64,000 bases of DNA from Vicinamibacteria bacterium (GCA_963555995.3 OY821641.1:1728001-1792000), one strand, 5' to 3'; positions 33,772 to 44,763 are shown, counted from the stretch's first letter. The notes: generated by a model from the sequence alone, not told the origin. A program made the numbers and translations.

Positions 33772-34611
33772 ATGCGCTCGCCGCCGCTTTCCCCGGAGGC
33801 CCGGCGTCGGGCCCCGGGGGCGATTCGGCGCATGTTCGAAGCCGTCGCGCCGCGCTACGACCGGATGAACCGGATCCTCAGCGTCGGACTCGACCAGGGC
33901 TGGAGGCGGGCCGCCCTCCGGGAACTGGACTGTGCTCCGGGTTCCCGGATCCTGGACCTGTGCTGCGGAACCGGGGACCTCGCCCTGCTGCTGCCGCGCA
34001 GCCTCCGTCCCGTGGGGTGCGACCTGACGCCCGCGATGCTGGAGATCGCGGAGGCCAAGGCGGCGCGCCGCCGGCGGGCGTTCCCCGGCGTCGCTGGAGA
34101 CGCGATGCGGCTGCCCTTCGCGAACGGCGTCTTCGATGCCGCGGTGGTCGGTTTCGGAATCCGGAATCTCCCGGACCTGGAGCGGGGGCTCGCCGAGATC
34201 CACCGGGTTCTTTCCCCCGGCGCCCGGCTCGTGATCCTGGAGTTCTCGCGGCCGGAGCGCCGGGTGGTGCGGCTCGGGCACGGGGCCTGGCTCCGGCTCG
34301 CGGTCCCCGGCCTCGCCCGTCTCGCTGCCGGGGGCGGGGAGCCCTACGACTACCTGCGGGATTCGATCCTGAGCTTTCCGGACGCCGGCGCGCTCGCCCG
34401 AACGCTCGGCGCGGCCGGGTTCCACGGCGTCTCCTGGCGGCACCTGGCCCTGGGGACGGTCGCCATCCACTCGGGCCGCCGTGACCTCGGGGTGGCGTCC
34501 CGCGACCCGGCGCCGGGAACCGGACGCGGGAACCGGCCTACCAGGGCACCGGCAGAAACCGGAGCGGCCCGATGCGGGGGATCTCGGTCGGCAGCGCGCT
34601 CAACTGCATGA
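33772..34611 (+). CDS. ubiE: UbiE/MenG (demethylmenaquinone) methyltransferase
   Basis: MFEAVAPRYDRMN, LDLCCGTGD, GDAMRLPF, FGIRN, ILEFS and YLRDSI. Confidence 0.9.
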   Translation: MRSPPLSPEARRRAPGAIRRMFEAVAPRYDRMNRILSVGLDQGWRRAALRELDCAPGSRILDLCCGTGDLALLLPRSLRPVGCDLTPAMLEIAEAKAARRRRAFPGVAGDAMRLPFANGVFDAAVVGFGIRNLPDLERGLAEIHRVLSPGARLVILEFSRPERRVVRLGHGAWLRLAVPGLARLAAGGGEPYDYLRDSILSFPDAGALARTLGAAGFHGVSWRHLALGTVAIHSGRRDLGVASRDPAPGTGRGNRPTRAPAETGAARCGGSRSAARSTA

Positions 34612-35899
34612 GTTCCTCCCAGGCGCGGCGTTCGACGCCGGCCGCGGCCACCCGGAGACCGACCCGGCGCCGGTAGACCTGGGTGAGGTCCCCGGCTCCT
34701 TCTTCCCGAAGCGCGGCGCCGCTCCCGGCGAAGGCCCTCGTGGCCCGGCTCTCGGCGGCCCGGACCCGGACCGCAATGTCCACCGCGCGCACGATGTGAT
34801 CGCGCAGCCGCGCCGCCGACGCCATGTCACCGACAAAGCGGGGCGGAGCGTCGAGCAGGACGTCCCCGTTCTGCCCCGTGACGTAGCGGACCTGCAGGTC
34901 CTCCACGTAGCCGACCGGCTGCGGCGGCCCCTCATCCGTCCGGCGCATCAGGACCCGGCGGGGATCCGCGGCATCCGGGGCGGCCTCCCGTACCCAGTAG
35001 CGGATGCGGCTCACCGGCACCAGCCCGGGCTGTCCGAGCCCGAACAGTCCGGTTCCCTCCCGCGCCCGGACCTGCACCGGCGTTCCCACCGGCACGCCCC
35101 GTTCCCGCGCCCACCGCTCCAGCATCGCGCCCACCACCTGCTCGGTCAGGCGCGTGAGCGCACCACTGCCGATTCCGGGGACGGCCGCCTCGATCGCTCC
35201 CCCGAGCACGCTCTGCAGCGCGCGCTCCAGCAGGCCGCCGCCGCTTCCCGGCTCGAACGTATCGCCGTCCACGCTCGGACGGAAATGCCGGTGCCAGGGA
35301 GCGTCTCGGGGAGCGATCCGCACCACCGCGCCTTCACTCGCCCCGCGGACGGAGACAACCTCACCGAAGGCCCAGCGCGGCGTCATCTCGTCGTCGTTGA
35401 AGACCACCGCGAAGCGCCGCCCCGCGTCCCCCGCCCCGCGGTCGAAGCGGGACCCGGGATGCCCTAGCCTGACCTCGGCGCCGTCAAACGAAACCACCGG
35501 CTCGAACGACGCCTCGGCGAGGCGGTCCGGGGCCGTCAGGAAGTCGAGTCCGTCCGGGTTCCGGTCGCCGGCGCGGCCCAGGTCGTTGAAGACGGGAATC
35601 TCGGCCGGCAGACCGCCGCCCGCGCGCGCCAGGTCCGCCGCGATGCGATCGAGGATCGCGCGTCCGTCCTGTCGGAGTGTCGCGAGTTCCGGCTGCAGGT
35701 CCAGGGTCAGCCGGGCCTGGCGAAACAGCAGGCCGAAGCTCCCGGCCACCATCAGGGTGAGGCCCAGCGCCACCACGGCCTCCGTGATCGTGAAACCCGG
35801 GGCCGCGCCGCGTCCGCGCGGACGCCGGCGGGCGGCCGGCGCCGGGCCGCGCGCCGGCGGCCCGGCAGCGGACCCGAGCCGGAATGGCCGTCCCGTCAT
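34538..35899 (-). CDS. Minor pilin, PilW-like
   Basis: G|FTITE prepilin motif, RIAADLARAG and VEDLQVRY. Confidence 0.7.
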   Translation of the reverse strand: MTGRPFRLGSAAGPPARGPAPAARRRPRGRGAAPGFTITEAVVALGLTLMVAGSFGLLFRQARLTLDLQPELATLRQDGRAILDRIAADLARAGGGLPAEIPVFNDLGRAGDRNPDGLDFLTAPDRLAEASFEPVVSFDGAEVRLGHPGSRFDRGAGDAGRRFAVVFNDDEMTPRWAFGEVVSVRGASEGAVVRIAPRDAPWHRHFRPSVDGDTFEPGSGGGLLERALQSVLGGAIEAAVPGIGSGALTRLTEQVVGAMLERWARERGVPVGTPVQVRAREGTGLFGLGQPGLVPVSRIRYWVREAAPDAADPRRVLMRRTDEGPPQPVGYVEDLQVRYVTGQNGDVLLDAPPRFVGDMASAARLRDHIVRAVDIAVRVRAAESRATRAFAGSGAALREEGAGDLTQVYRRRVGLRVAAAGVERRAWEELMQLSALPTEIPRIGPLRFLPVPW

Positions 35900-35903
35900 G
35901 AGT

Positions 35904-38900
35904 TCAGCCCTCCGGGCGGGTCCAGAAGGGGGAGCGGCGGAAACCCTCGACGAAGAGGGTCACGTCCTCGAGGGCGCCGTCCCGCACCCGGAACTCGAAG
36001 TCCCCGATGATCGAATCCATCGCCTGACCACCGACCTTGCTGACGCTCAGGGCCAGGTTCCCCGAAGCGGAGAGGCTGATCCCCCGAACGCGTCCCGCGC
36101 CGAACTCGAGCACCGAGGCGTCCCCGGCGACCACTCCGACCGCCTCCGCTCCCGTCAGGCCGTTGAACGCGCGCAACCGGGCGACTCCATCGGTCGTGGT
36201 GGAGGTGTCGCAGGAGAGCGTTTCGGTCCGGGCCGTGTGCGTGGCGAGCACCACCTCGACGCCCGAGCCGTCCGCGAGCACCACGGGTTGTCCCTGCGGG
36301 GCCTCGCCGTCGGACAGCGTCTTCCTCCAGACCTCGTGGAAACGGGTCCCCTCGTCCCGGAGCAGGACGACCGCGGAGGGCGTATCCCGGACCCGGCGGT
36401 CACCCCCGGTCAGGACGAGCAGGTGCGGCTCCGTCCGTCCCGGGAACGGGAACACCACCGGTGGCGTCAGGATCGGATGCTCCCCGCCCAGCCGGTGGGC
36501 AACGCTCCACTGCCAGGCGCCGGGCTGCGCGAGCCCGAGGCGGTGTATCTGGCCGTGCAGATCGCCGAGATACACCCGGGTGACGAGGTCGGCGCCCCCC
36601 GGCGCCGACCATGCCGGCCGCCACGGCGACGCCGAGGTGACGGCGCTGTTCTTCGCGATGCGCGCGCCGGGTGCCCGCGCCAGCCGGTAGCGGCCCTGGA
36701 TCCGGCCGTCCTCGGGGGAGAGGGCGAGGAGCCACTCGCCGGACTCGCCGCCGGGACTCCCCTGCCCCGCCGGCAGGAACATCGTCCAGGCGCTTCCCCC
36801 GGCCGCGGGCGTCTCGACGAGGAGCGGCTCCGGCGTCTCACCGAGTTCCGGCAACGAGACGCCGGGACCGCCGGGACGAGGTCCGACGTTGAACAGCAGT
36901 CGCGGCAAGCCCGGGCCGCCGACCGAGGGGGCTGGGGCGCGATGCCCGCCGGCCCAGCCGTCTCCCACCTCCGACACGTCGAGCGCGGTCACGAACCGTC
37001 CCCCGAAGGAGCGGCCGAAGGCGAGCAGCGTTCGCCAGTCCTGGATCCCCGGCAGAAAGACATCGCGCACCACCGGTGAGCCGGCGAGCGCGAAGCGGTT
37101 CACGAGGCCGCGCCGGAGCCCGGCCGCACCCCGGACGCCAGCGAGCACGAGGTCCCGCAGGAAGACGCGCTCCCCGGTGTTTCCGGCGCCTGGGGCCGGT
37201 CCGAGAATGTCGTCCGGGATGTACGCGAAGACCTCCTTTCCGCTGTCGGCGGCGAAAGCGTGGAGCAACCCGCCGCTGGTCGGGAGATAGACCATCGTCC
37301 TCCGGTTCACGTGCCGGGAGAAGAAACGTTCGTAGCTCTCCCGTTCCCGGAGGATGCGATCCGGACGGTGGGGAGGATGCGTGACCACGGCCGGGGAGGC
37401 CAGCCCCTCGCGGAGCTTCCAGGTGCCCCGGCCCCCCGTGAAGTGGAGGTTCCCGTCGGGCCGGTAGATCGTCCCGGTGTCGGGATGCACCTCGAGCGCC
37501 TCGCCGCGGACCAGGCGCACCACGATGCGGGCCGCGTCCTCGGCGGTGCGGGCTCCGTCGCCGTCCACCTCGGCCAGGTAGCCCGCCCCGACGCCGAGGT
37601 CCTCCGGGGTCACCTCGCCGACCCGAAAAGCCCGGAGCTCGCGGCTCCCCGCCCGGTTGAAGAGGACCAGCCGATCCTCCGGGTCGCGCTCGGCGAGCTG
37701 CGCCCCCGCATCCCAGACGGACGTCGCCAGCAGACTCCCTCCGCCCACGGCGGACGTGGGAAACGCGCGCAGTCCACCGCGCAGCGCATGAAGCTCCGCG
37801 CTCGTCGAGAAGAGGATGTTGTCGGCGTAGGAAGCGCGCCGCCGGATCACCTCCTCCCGACCGTCGGGGTCGCTCGCGGGGGCCACCAGGGCGTCCGCGG
37901 GAAGGGTCGGATCGCTTCCGCGGAACGCCGGGCTCGGGGAACTCGCGACCAGTTCCTTGACGGTGGCCAGCCGCGGCGCCGCGAGCTTTACCGTCCCGGA
38001 GGGGAGGGTGATCTCGTCGAGGACCTGACGGAGGGCCCGCCGGAGGGTCTCGGGCCGGTCGGCGTAGATGGCGGAATGCCGGCCGCCCGAGGCCATCCAC
38101 GCCAGGTGGTTGGTGTAGCCGCGGATCTCTTCGTCCGCCATGGCGACGCCGACCACGTGGATGTCTCCCAGACCGGCGTCCGGGTCACCGCCGTTGAGCG
38201 CCCGATACGCCGCCCTCGCCTTGAGCCCCGCGTTCCAGCCGGCGAAAGCCCGCCCGGACGGCGCTACGCGAACCAGGACATCCGGATTCACCTGGCTCGT
38301 ACTGAGCCACACCCCGCTGGCGACACCGCGCCCCGGGGGCCCGGTGTTGAAGTCGAGCCAGGGGTGGTAGATGCACTCGCAGGTGTCGAGGCCGTCCGTG
38401 ATCAGGACGATCACGTTCTGCTGGCCCGGCTCCAGGTCCTGGGTGGCGTTCGTCGCGATGTGGCTCGCGAGCTGGTAGAGCGCGATCCCGTTCGGGGTGC
38501 GGTTGCTGTTCACTCCTCCCGGAAGTTGCCGGAGCAGGGCCGTGCGTCCCGCTTCCGCATCGCACCCGGAAGGGTCGCTGAGAATCCGGACGCCCCCGCA
38601 ACGCACCCCGGTCACCGGCACTCCGGGCGATCCGCTGGGAAGTCCGGCGCCCATCGTGGGGTCCTGGCAGATCGCCCGCCGGGAACTGCCGTCCTCCGAA
38701 GCCCGGAACTGCTGGAAGGCGGCGAGCCGCCAGTGCACGAGGGGTTCGCCCGACGCCGATTCCAGGTTCCGGACGATGGACCGGACCACGTCCTGGGCGG
38801 CCGCGAACCGGCTTCCGTTCCCCATGCCCCTCAACATGGACGTCGAGGTGTCGAACAGGATCCAGACCCGGGGACGCGTGGTGGTCCGCACGATCCCCAG

Positions 38901-39041
38901 CGGGTCGCGTCGTTCGTCGAGGGACTCCTGGACGCCGCGCGCGCCGGGGCGCGGCAGGACGCCCGCCGGCGCGGCGGCGGCGAGCAGCAGCGCCGGCGCC
39001 AGACACGCACCGGCGGGTAGCCAAGGGTTGCATCGCTTCAT
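35904..39041 (-). CDS. PilY1-like pilus tip adhesin (vWA + beta-propeller)
   Basis: Signal peptide, DTSTS MIDAS, LITDG, WDAG, GLLHAF...GKEVFAYIP and VYLGDLHG. Confidence 0.8.
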   Translation of the reverse strand: MKRCNPWLPAGACLAPALLLAAAAPAGVLPRPGARGVQESLDERRDPLGIVRTTTRPRVWILFDTSTSMLRGMGNGSRFAAAQDVVRSIVRNLESASGEPLVHWRLAAFQQFRASEDGSSRRAICQDPTMGAGLPSGSPGVPVTGVRCGGVRILSDPSGCDAEAGRTALLRQLPGGVNSNRTPNGIALYQLASHIATNATQDLEPGQQNVIVLITDGLDTCECIYHPWLDFNTGPPGRGVASGVWLSTSQVNPDVLVRVAPSGRAFAGWNAGLKARAAYRALNGGDPDAGLGDIHVVGVAMADEEIRGYTNHLAWMASGGRHSAIYADRPETLRRALRQVLDEITLPSGTVKLAAPRLATVKELVASSPSPAFRGSDPTLPADALVAPASDPDGREEVIRRRASYADNILFSTSAELHALRGGLRAFPTSAVGGGSLLATSVWDAGAQLAERDPEDRLVLFNRAGSRELRAFRVGEVTPEDLGVGAGYLAEVDGDGARTAEDAARIVVRLVRGEALEVHPDTGTIYRPDGNLHFTGGRGTWKLREGLASPAVVTHPPHRPDRILRERESYERFFSRHVNRRTMVYLPTSGGLLHAFAADSGKEVFAYIPDDILGPAPGAGNTGERVFLRDLVLAGVRGAAGLRRGLVNRFALAGSPVVRDVFLPGIQDWRTLLAFGRSFGGRFVTALDVSEVGDGWAGGHRAPAPSVGGPGLPRLLFNVGPRPGGPGVSLPELGETPEPLLVETPAAGGSAWTMFLPAGQGSPGGESGEWLLALSPEDGRIQGRYRLARAPGARIAKNSAVTSASPWRPAWSAPGGADLVTRVYLGDLHGQIHRLGLAQPGAWQWSVAHRLGGEHPILTPPVVFPFPGRTEPHLLVLTGGDRRVRDTPSAVVLLRDEGTRFHEVWRKTLSDGEAPQGQPVVLADGSGVEVVLATHTARTETLSCDTSTTTDGVARLRAFNGLTGAEAVGVVAGDASVLEFGAGRVRGISLSASGNLALSVSKVGGQAMDSIIGDFEFRVRDGALEDVTLFVEGFRRSPFWTRPEG

Positions 39042-39076
39042 GGACCTTCTCCTCTCGGGAATCGCTTCCGTACCGC

Positions 39077-39874
39077 TCACCGCGAACCCCCGCGCGCAGC
39101 GGCCGGGAGGCGCCGTCTCACCCAGTTCCTCAGGCCGTCGCTGTAGCCGGGGGTTCCCGGTTCTTGGTGCGACGGACGCGGGGCGAGCCGCAGGGTCAGT
39201 TCGAGCCGGCTGACCGCGTGCGGGTCTTCCGGCCCGCGGGGCGGCGGATGGCGCGCTTCGGCGGTGAGCACCGCCCGGTCGTGCGGAGCCCCGGCGTCCC
39301 GGTCGCCCACCACCGGCCGGCGAATCCAGACGGTGACCCCCGCGACGTCGGGCGTCCCGTCGCCATCGAGGTCCGGCGCCCACCCGGCGCCCGGAGCCCG
39401 CGGGTCGAACAGCAGCGCGCGACCGTCGAGGGCTCGCAACACCCGGCCCACGTAGACGCGGGCGTTCCCGCCCGCCATCGGCTCGTCCCGGAACACCTCG
39501 TAGTCCCGGCAACCCGGCGTGTCCGGATTGCCGCAGGCGGCGCCGTCGGGCGGACGCGCGCTGCCCCACGGGTCTCCCGCGCCGGCCCGGATCGAGGGAC
39601 GGACCGGCGGGAGAGCCCTTTCGAGACTGTCGTGCTCCTCCACGTAACGGGCGAGGAGAGCCTTCGACACCTCGAGCCCCGCCTCCGCCTGGGCCGCCGC
39701 CCGCGCCGTCCACGCCTGGTTCCGCGCCACCGCGCCGTCGGATCCCACCGACATCAGCACCACCGCCCCGATCCCGGCGAGGGCCAGCACCAGCAGGAGC
39801 GCCAGGACGAGCGCCATCCCCCGCTCCCGCGGGCTCGTTCGGGACCCCGCCGGGAAGGCCGCTCCCCTATTCAC
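39077..39874 (-). CDS. Minor pilin, PilX-like
   Basis: ERG|MALVLALLLV prepilin lacking Glu5, with AQAEAGLE. Confidence 0.75.
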   Translation of the reverse strand: MNRGAAFPAGSRTSPRERGMALVLALLLVLALAGIGAVVLMSVGSDGAVARNQAWTARAAAQAEAGLEVSKALLARYVEEHDSLERALPPVRPSIRAGAGDPWGSARPPDGAACGNPDTPGCRDYEVFRDEPMAGGNARVYVGRVLRALDGRALLFDPRAPGAGWAPDLDGDGTPDVAGVTVWIRRPVVGDRDAGAPHDRAVLTAEARHPPPRGPEDPHAVSRLELTLRLAPRPSHQEPGTPGYSDGLRNWVRRRLPAAARGGSR

Positions 39875-40373
39875 GGTTCGCCACCCGCACCGAGTCCAGC
39901 CGCACCACGGAACCGCGTCCGCCGGAGACCGGCATGGCCACCACCTCGAAACGAAGACCGGCGAGCCGGTCTCCCCCTCGCGCCGCGAGTTCCCGGATCC
40001 GCCAGCGCACCTCGTAGCGCGCGGCGCGGCGGTCGGCCGGCTCCCCGTCCGCGCCGAAGAACGCGAAGTATCCGGGCGCGCCGGCGCCCTCGATTTCGAC
40101 GCTGCCCCCGGGAGCGACCGCCGCGTGATATCCGGGCCAGGGCCATCCCCGCCAGAAAGGGGCGGCCAGCAGTTCCTGCATCCGGGCTTCGGCGATCCGG
40201 GTCGCGAGCCCGGTGTCGGCGGCGGCCCGGCGGGCCTCGGACGCCTGGGCCAGCGCCCGCACGAGCCCACCGGCGGCGGCCACCAGCACCAGGACGGCGA
40301 AGAGGGTTTCGACGAGCGAGAAGCCTCCCTCTCCCCGCTCGCGCGCGCGTCGGTGTGCGGTCCTGCGATCCAT
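39867..40373 (-). CDS. Minor pilin, PilV-like
   Basis: G|FSLVE prepilin motif, AEARMQEL and YEVRWRI. Confidence 0.75.
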   Translation of the reverse strand: MDRRTAHRRARERGEGGFSLVETLFAVLVLVAAAGGLVRALAQASEARRAAADTGLATRIAEARMQELLAAPFWRGWPWPGYHAAVAPGGSVEIEGAGAPGYFAFFGADGEPADRRAARYEVRWRIRELAARGGDRLAGLRFEVVAMPVSGGRGSVVRLDSVRVANRE

Positions 40374-40492
40374 GTCCCTGCCCTACAGGAACACAGACGT
40401 AAATCTCCGAAATTTTTCCCGTTTTGGAGCCAATTGTGGAAAAGTCGAAGCGATCGTGCACCTTGCCGGGCCTGAAAACGGCGAAAACGGCT

Positions 40493-40650
40493 TGGAGCGC
40501 CGGCTTCAGCCGGCACAGCCCGCCACAGGCGGGCGGCGGGACGGACCTCGTTCGCCGGGATGGCGCGGCTGCGCGCGCCAATGCATCCGGGGCAGCAACG
40601 AAGCGCCCGCGGCCTGACAGGCCGCTGTGCCGGCCGAAGTCGGCGTTCCA
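40493..40650. repeat. REP-like inverted doublet (family B), copy 5
   Basis: TGGAGCGCCGGCTTCAGCCGGCACA ... TGTGCCGGCCGAAGTCGGCGTTCCA. Confidence 0.8.
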
Positions 40651-40716
40651 GGCCGGCGCGTCACGCGCATCGCAGCCCCATCCCCCTTCAGGGTGTGGGG
40701 GCGCCGCGCCCCCCGG

Positions 40717-41448
40717 TCAGCCGGCCGTCGAGACTACGAAGACGACGCCCGCGCCGAGGGCGAGCAGGGTCCCGAACGGCAACGGGGTGTCACGCCGGAT
40801 CCTGCCGAGGAACAGCAACGGGCCGGCCACCACCACTCCCAGCGCGGCCGCGAGGGCGACCGCCCCGAGCGCGGCCGACGGGCCCAGGAAGGCCCCGATC
40901 AGCAGCAGCAGCTTCACGTCGCCGAGGCCGACCGCCTCGACACCGCGGAAGCGCAGCCAGAGCACGCGAAGGGAGAAGAGCAGGGCGGCCGCAAGCAGAG
41001 CGCCGGCCGCCGAGGTCACCACATCCAGGTCGGAGCGCGGTCCGGCGAGGACGAGACCCAGCGCCGCTCCGGGAAGCGTCAGGGCGTCCGGCAGCACCAT
41101 CCGCTCCCAGTCCGTCACCGCCAGCGCGAGCAGCAGGCTCAGCAGGACCAGCCGGGAAGCGGTGAGCGCGGGATCGCTTCCCTCCGGCGCCCACACGAAC
41201 AGGAGACCCGTCAGCAATTCGACCAGCGGATAGCGGACCGGGATCCCCGCCCGGCAATCCCGGCAGCGGCCGCCGAGCCGGAGCCAGGAGACCACCGGCA
41301 GGTTGTCGCGCACGCGGATCGGCGCGGCGCACGCGGGGCATCGGGAACGCGGGAACAGCACCGATTCCCCGGCCGGGAGGCGATGGATCAGGACGTTCAG
41401 AAAGCTCCCGGCCGCGAGTCCGACCAGGAACAGCACGGCAGGGGTCAA
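40717..41448 (-). CDS. pilD: Prepilin peptidase
   Basis: GSFLNV, RSRCPAC, CRDC, YPLVE, GLGDVKL and PFG. Confidence 0.92.
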   Translation of the reverse strand: MTPAVLFLVGLAAGSFLNVLIHRLPAGESVLFPRSRCPACAAPIRVRDNLPVVSWLRLGGRCRDCRAGIPVRYPLVELLTGLLFVWAPEGSDPALTASRLVLLSLLLALAVTDWERMVLPDALTLPGAALGLVLAGPRSDLDVVTSAAGALLAAALLFSLRVLWLRFRGVEAVGLGDVKLLLLIGAFLGPSAALGAVALAAALGVVVAGPLLFLGRIRRDTPLPFGTLLALGAGVVFVVSTAG

Positions 41449-42338
41449 CGTCCCGGATGACCGGCCAGCGGCGACTGCGGGGCGATTCGGGGAACGCCGG
41501 CCTCGTCAAACACGAACGGGACCCCCGCCGGATCGGCCGGCAGCCCCGGCAACATCCCGGCGGCGACCAGATCCTCCCAGCCGCGGGGAGGCTGTCCCGA
41601 GCGCCTTTCGTAAACGCGCACCATCGAACCGAGTTCATCCAGCCGGTCGAGCGCGTCGAGCTGCAGCAGGTGCGTGCGGGCGTTGGAGCGCGTGCGTCCG
41701 TCGCCGGCCCGCTCCAGCAGTACGCCCCAGAGATGCCGGGCCGCGGCGCGGGCGCCGACGCCGGTCAGCGACCGCGCCGCGAGCGCCATGACCCAGGGAG
41801 GCGCGTCGTCCCGGGCGCTCGCCGCCTCCAGCAGGCCGGCGCCCGTCGCCGGGTCCTCGAGATGCCAGGTGTGCAGCAGGCTGCGGACGAGCACGGCGTC
41901 GAAGTCGCCGGGGTAGCGCCGCACCCAGTCGGCGAGGATGGCGTCGGCCCGCTCCGGTTCCCCGGCGCCGAGCGGCGGCGGTTCCGCGAGGAGCAGGGGC
42001 CCGGTGAGCGCCGCCGGCCGGAGACCCGGGTCGAAGCGCAGCGCCTGCTCCACCAGCGCGCCCAGATCCGGGAACCCCGGCGAGCCTTCGAGCCGCCGGT
42101 TTCCGTAGTACTGGACCGCCAGCAGCCACGACGTGTCGGCCAGCACGCGCCGAACTCCCGTGGGGAGCGCCGCGATCCCGGCGGCGCTGAGGGAGGCGCC
42201 GGGAGGCGGCGCGGCGGCATCCGGCCGCGCCGCGGGGGCGATGCGGGCGGCCATCCCGAGGCACACGAGCGACAGGCCGGCGCTCGCGAGACGGCCGGCG
42301 CCGAGGCCGCGGAGGCCGGCCCGCCGAGGTTTCCGCAT
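41445..42338 (-). CDS. Pilus-associated hypothetical protein (helical, one N-terminal TM)
   Basis: LADTSWLLAVQYYG and C-terminal LVAAG...DPAGVPF; lies between the ABC permease and pilD. Confidence 0.65.
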   Translation of the reverse strand: MRKPRRAGLRGLGAGRLASAGLSLVCLGMAARIAPAARPDAAAPPPGASLSAAGIAALPTGVRRVLADTSWLLAVQYYGNRRLEGSPGFPDLGALVEQALRFDPGLRPAALTGPLLLAEPPPLGAGEPERADAILADWVRRYPGDFDAVLVRSLLHTWHLEDPATGAGLLEAASARDDAPPWVMALAARSLTGVGARAAARHLWGVLLERAGDGRTRSNARTHLLQLDALDRLDELGSMVRVYERRSGQPPRGWEDLVAAGMLPGLPADPAGVPFVFDEAGVPRIAPQSPLAGHPGR

Positions 42339-42346
42339 CCGCCCGT

Positions 42347-43123
42347 TCAGGAAGCCGGCGCGGCGGGCTGGCGGGCCCGCCACGGGAACACGGCGACCGC
42401 GGCGGCCACCATGGCGGCCGCGTACAGGATCGCGTAGAGGGTCGGGCCCGCGAGCATCGGCCCCGCTTCGGAGAAGCTCTCGGGAACACCCGCGAGCGGC
42501 GCATCGAGCGCCCGGAGGTCCGGCAGGACGAACGTCGCGAGCCGCGCGACCGGCTCCAGCCAGGCGGGACCCGCCGCCGGGAAGCTGGCGGCCAGCCAGC
42601 CGGCGAGGGAAGCGAGCGCGGCGAGCACGATGGCCACGGGCGGACGGACCAGCGCGAGGAACAGCGTGGACACCGCGAGGATCACGAGGAGCCGCAGCCA
42701 GAGCAGCCAACCGGCGCCGAGCACCGCGGCCACCGCGCCGCCGGGAGCGACGAGGAGCCATGCCGCGAGCGTCGCGCCCACCACCGCCACGTAGAGGAAG
42801 AGACCCGCGGCGAGGCCCAGGAAACGGCCGCCGAGCAGGAGCCCGGCGGAGACCGGCCGCGCCAGCGCGAAGGCGCCGAGCACCCCCCGGCGGCCGGCGA
42901 GGCCCGCTCCGTGGCTGAGCGCCAGCCACCAGCCCAGCGCTTCGGCGAGCGCCCACGCGAGGTTGGACTCGAATCGCCCGCCCCGATCCAGCGACACGTC
43001 GCCCAGCAGCACCCCGGCGCCGAAGCACGAAAGCACCAGCGCGAGAGCGGCCAGCAGGCTCCGCTCGGCGAGAAACCCGCGTACGACGACGGCGGCGGTA
43101 GCGGTCAGGGGAGCGATCGGCAC
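42347..43123 (-). CDS. ABC transporter permease (PilI-like)
   Basis: About six TM helices and LARPVS...LGGRFLG; next to an ABC ATPase in the pil cluster. Confidence 0.75.
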   Translation of the reverse strand: MPIAPLTATAAVVVRGFLAERSLLAALALVLSCFGAGVLLGDVSLDRGGRFESNLAWALAEALGWWLALSHGAGLAGRRGVLGAFALARPVSAGLLLGGRFLGLAAGLFLYVAVVGATLAAWLLVAPGGAVAAVLGAGWLLWLRLLVILAVSTLFLALVRPPVAIVLAALASLAGWLAASFPAAGPAWLEPVARLATFVLPDLRALDAPLAGVPESFSEAGPMLAGPTLYAILYAAAMVAAAVAVFPWRARQPAAPAS

Positions 43124-43149
43124 CGGGAGCTACGGCGTGATCGGGCCAG

Positions 43150-43327
43150 CAGCCTGTGGTGGAACTGACGTGAGCACCGAGACGTCCGCTGGGCCTCGCT
43201 GACAAGGCGTGCGAGGGAGGAATACCGAGTGTATTTCGACCGAAGCGCAACGACGAGCGAGCCGAAGGCGAGCGTTCAGCGGGGATTCAGCGGGCGTCGA
43301 ATGCCGCGTGAGTTTCAGCACCGGCTG
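43150..43327 (+). mobile_element. Family A element, divergent subtype
   Basis: CAGCCTGTGGTGGAAC...GAGGGAGGAATACCGAGTGTATTTCGACCGAA...CACCGGCTG, 178 bp. Confidence 0.8.
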
Positions 43328-44088
43328 CTCACGCCGTTCAGCGCCGCCGCCAGCCAGCCGCCGCGGTCTCCGGCAGCGGATCGGCCCTTGCCAGCCGTCG
43401 CCACGAAGTCCTCCACCGGCCCGGACGCGGTGACGGCGCCCTCCGCGAGAACGATCAGCCGGTCGGCGACCGACTCGATGGTGGCGGCCTCGTGAAGGCT
43501 CAGGATGACGGCCGCTCCGTCCCCGGCCGCCGCGCGAATGGCCGCCAGGGACCGGACCCGGGCCTCCGGGTCGAGCCCGGTGAGCGGTTCGTCGAGGACG
43601 AGCGCCCGGGGTTCGCCGAGCAGCGCCTGCGCCAGGGATACCCGGCGCCGGACACCCCGCGAAGCGCGGGCGGCGGGAATCGCCAGCCACTCCAGGAGCC
43701 CGACCGCCTCCGCCGTCCGCTGCGCCTCGCGACGGGCGCCCGCGCCGCCATACCCGGCGAGCACGGCGGCGTAGCGCAGGACGTCCCGCACCTTCAGACC
43801 CGCCGGAAACTCGTCTTCCTCCGCCAGGTATCCCAGAGCGCGGCGCGCCCGGCTGCGGCTGGCCGGCGTCTCCCCGAGGAGCGCCTCGCCCCGGTCAGGG
43901 GGCAGGAGCCCGGCCAGCAGCCGCAACGTGGTGGACTTGCCCGAGCCGTTCTTCCCCGCCAGCGCCACCACCTCCCCCGGCGCCACCGCGAAGCTCACCT
44001 CCCGCAGGACGGTCCGGCGGCGAAGCGCCAGCCCGAAACGTCCGGGCGCCGGATACGAAGCGGTCAGCCGGCGAGCGCGGATTTCCAA
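43315..44088 (-). CDS. ABC transporter ATP-binding protein (PilH-like)
   Basis: GKNGSGKST Walker A, ASRG degenerate signature, LVLDEP and SLH. Confidence 0.88.
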   Translation of the reverse strand: MEIRARRLTASYPAPGRFGLALRRRTVLREVSFAVAPGEVVALAGKNGSGKSTTLRLLAGLLPPDRGEALLGETPASRSRARRALGYLAEEDEFPAGLKVRDVLRYAAVLAGYGGAGARREAQRTAEAVGLLEWLAIPAARASRGVRRRVSLAQALLGEPRALVLDEPLTGLDPEARVRSLAAIRAAAGDGAAVILSLHEAATIESVADRLIVLAEGAVTASGPVEDFVATAGKGRSAAGDRGGWLAAALNGVSSRC

Positions 44089-44106
44089 ACGGGCCCGGCC
44101 TGTCGG

Positions 44107-44763
<657 letters not shown>

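Noticed and set aside
40374-40490. AT-rich region upstream of the minor pilin operon as a sigma54 promoter or riboswitch
   Set aside because: Probably regulatory, but no convincing -24/-12 consensus or aptamer motif was seen.
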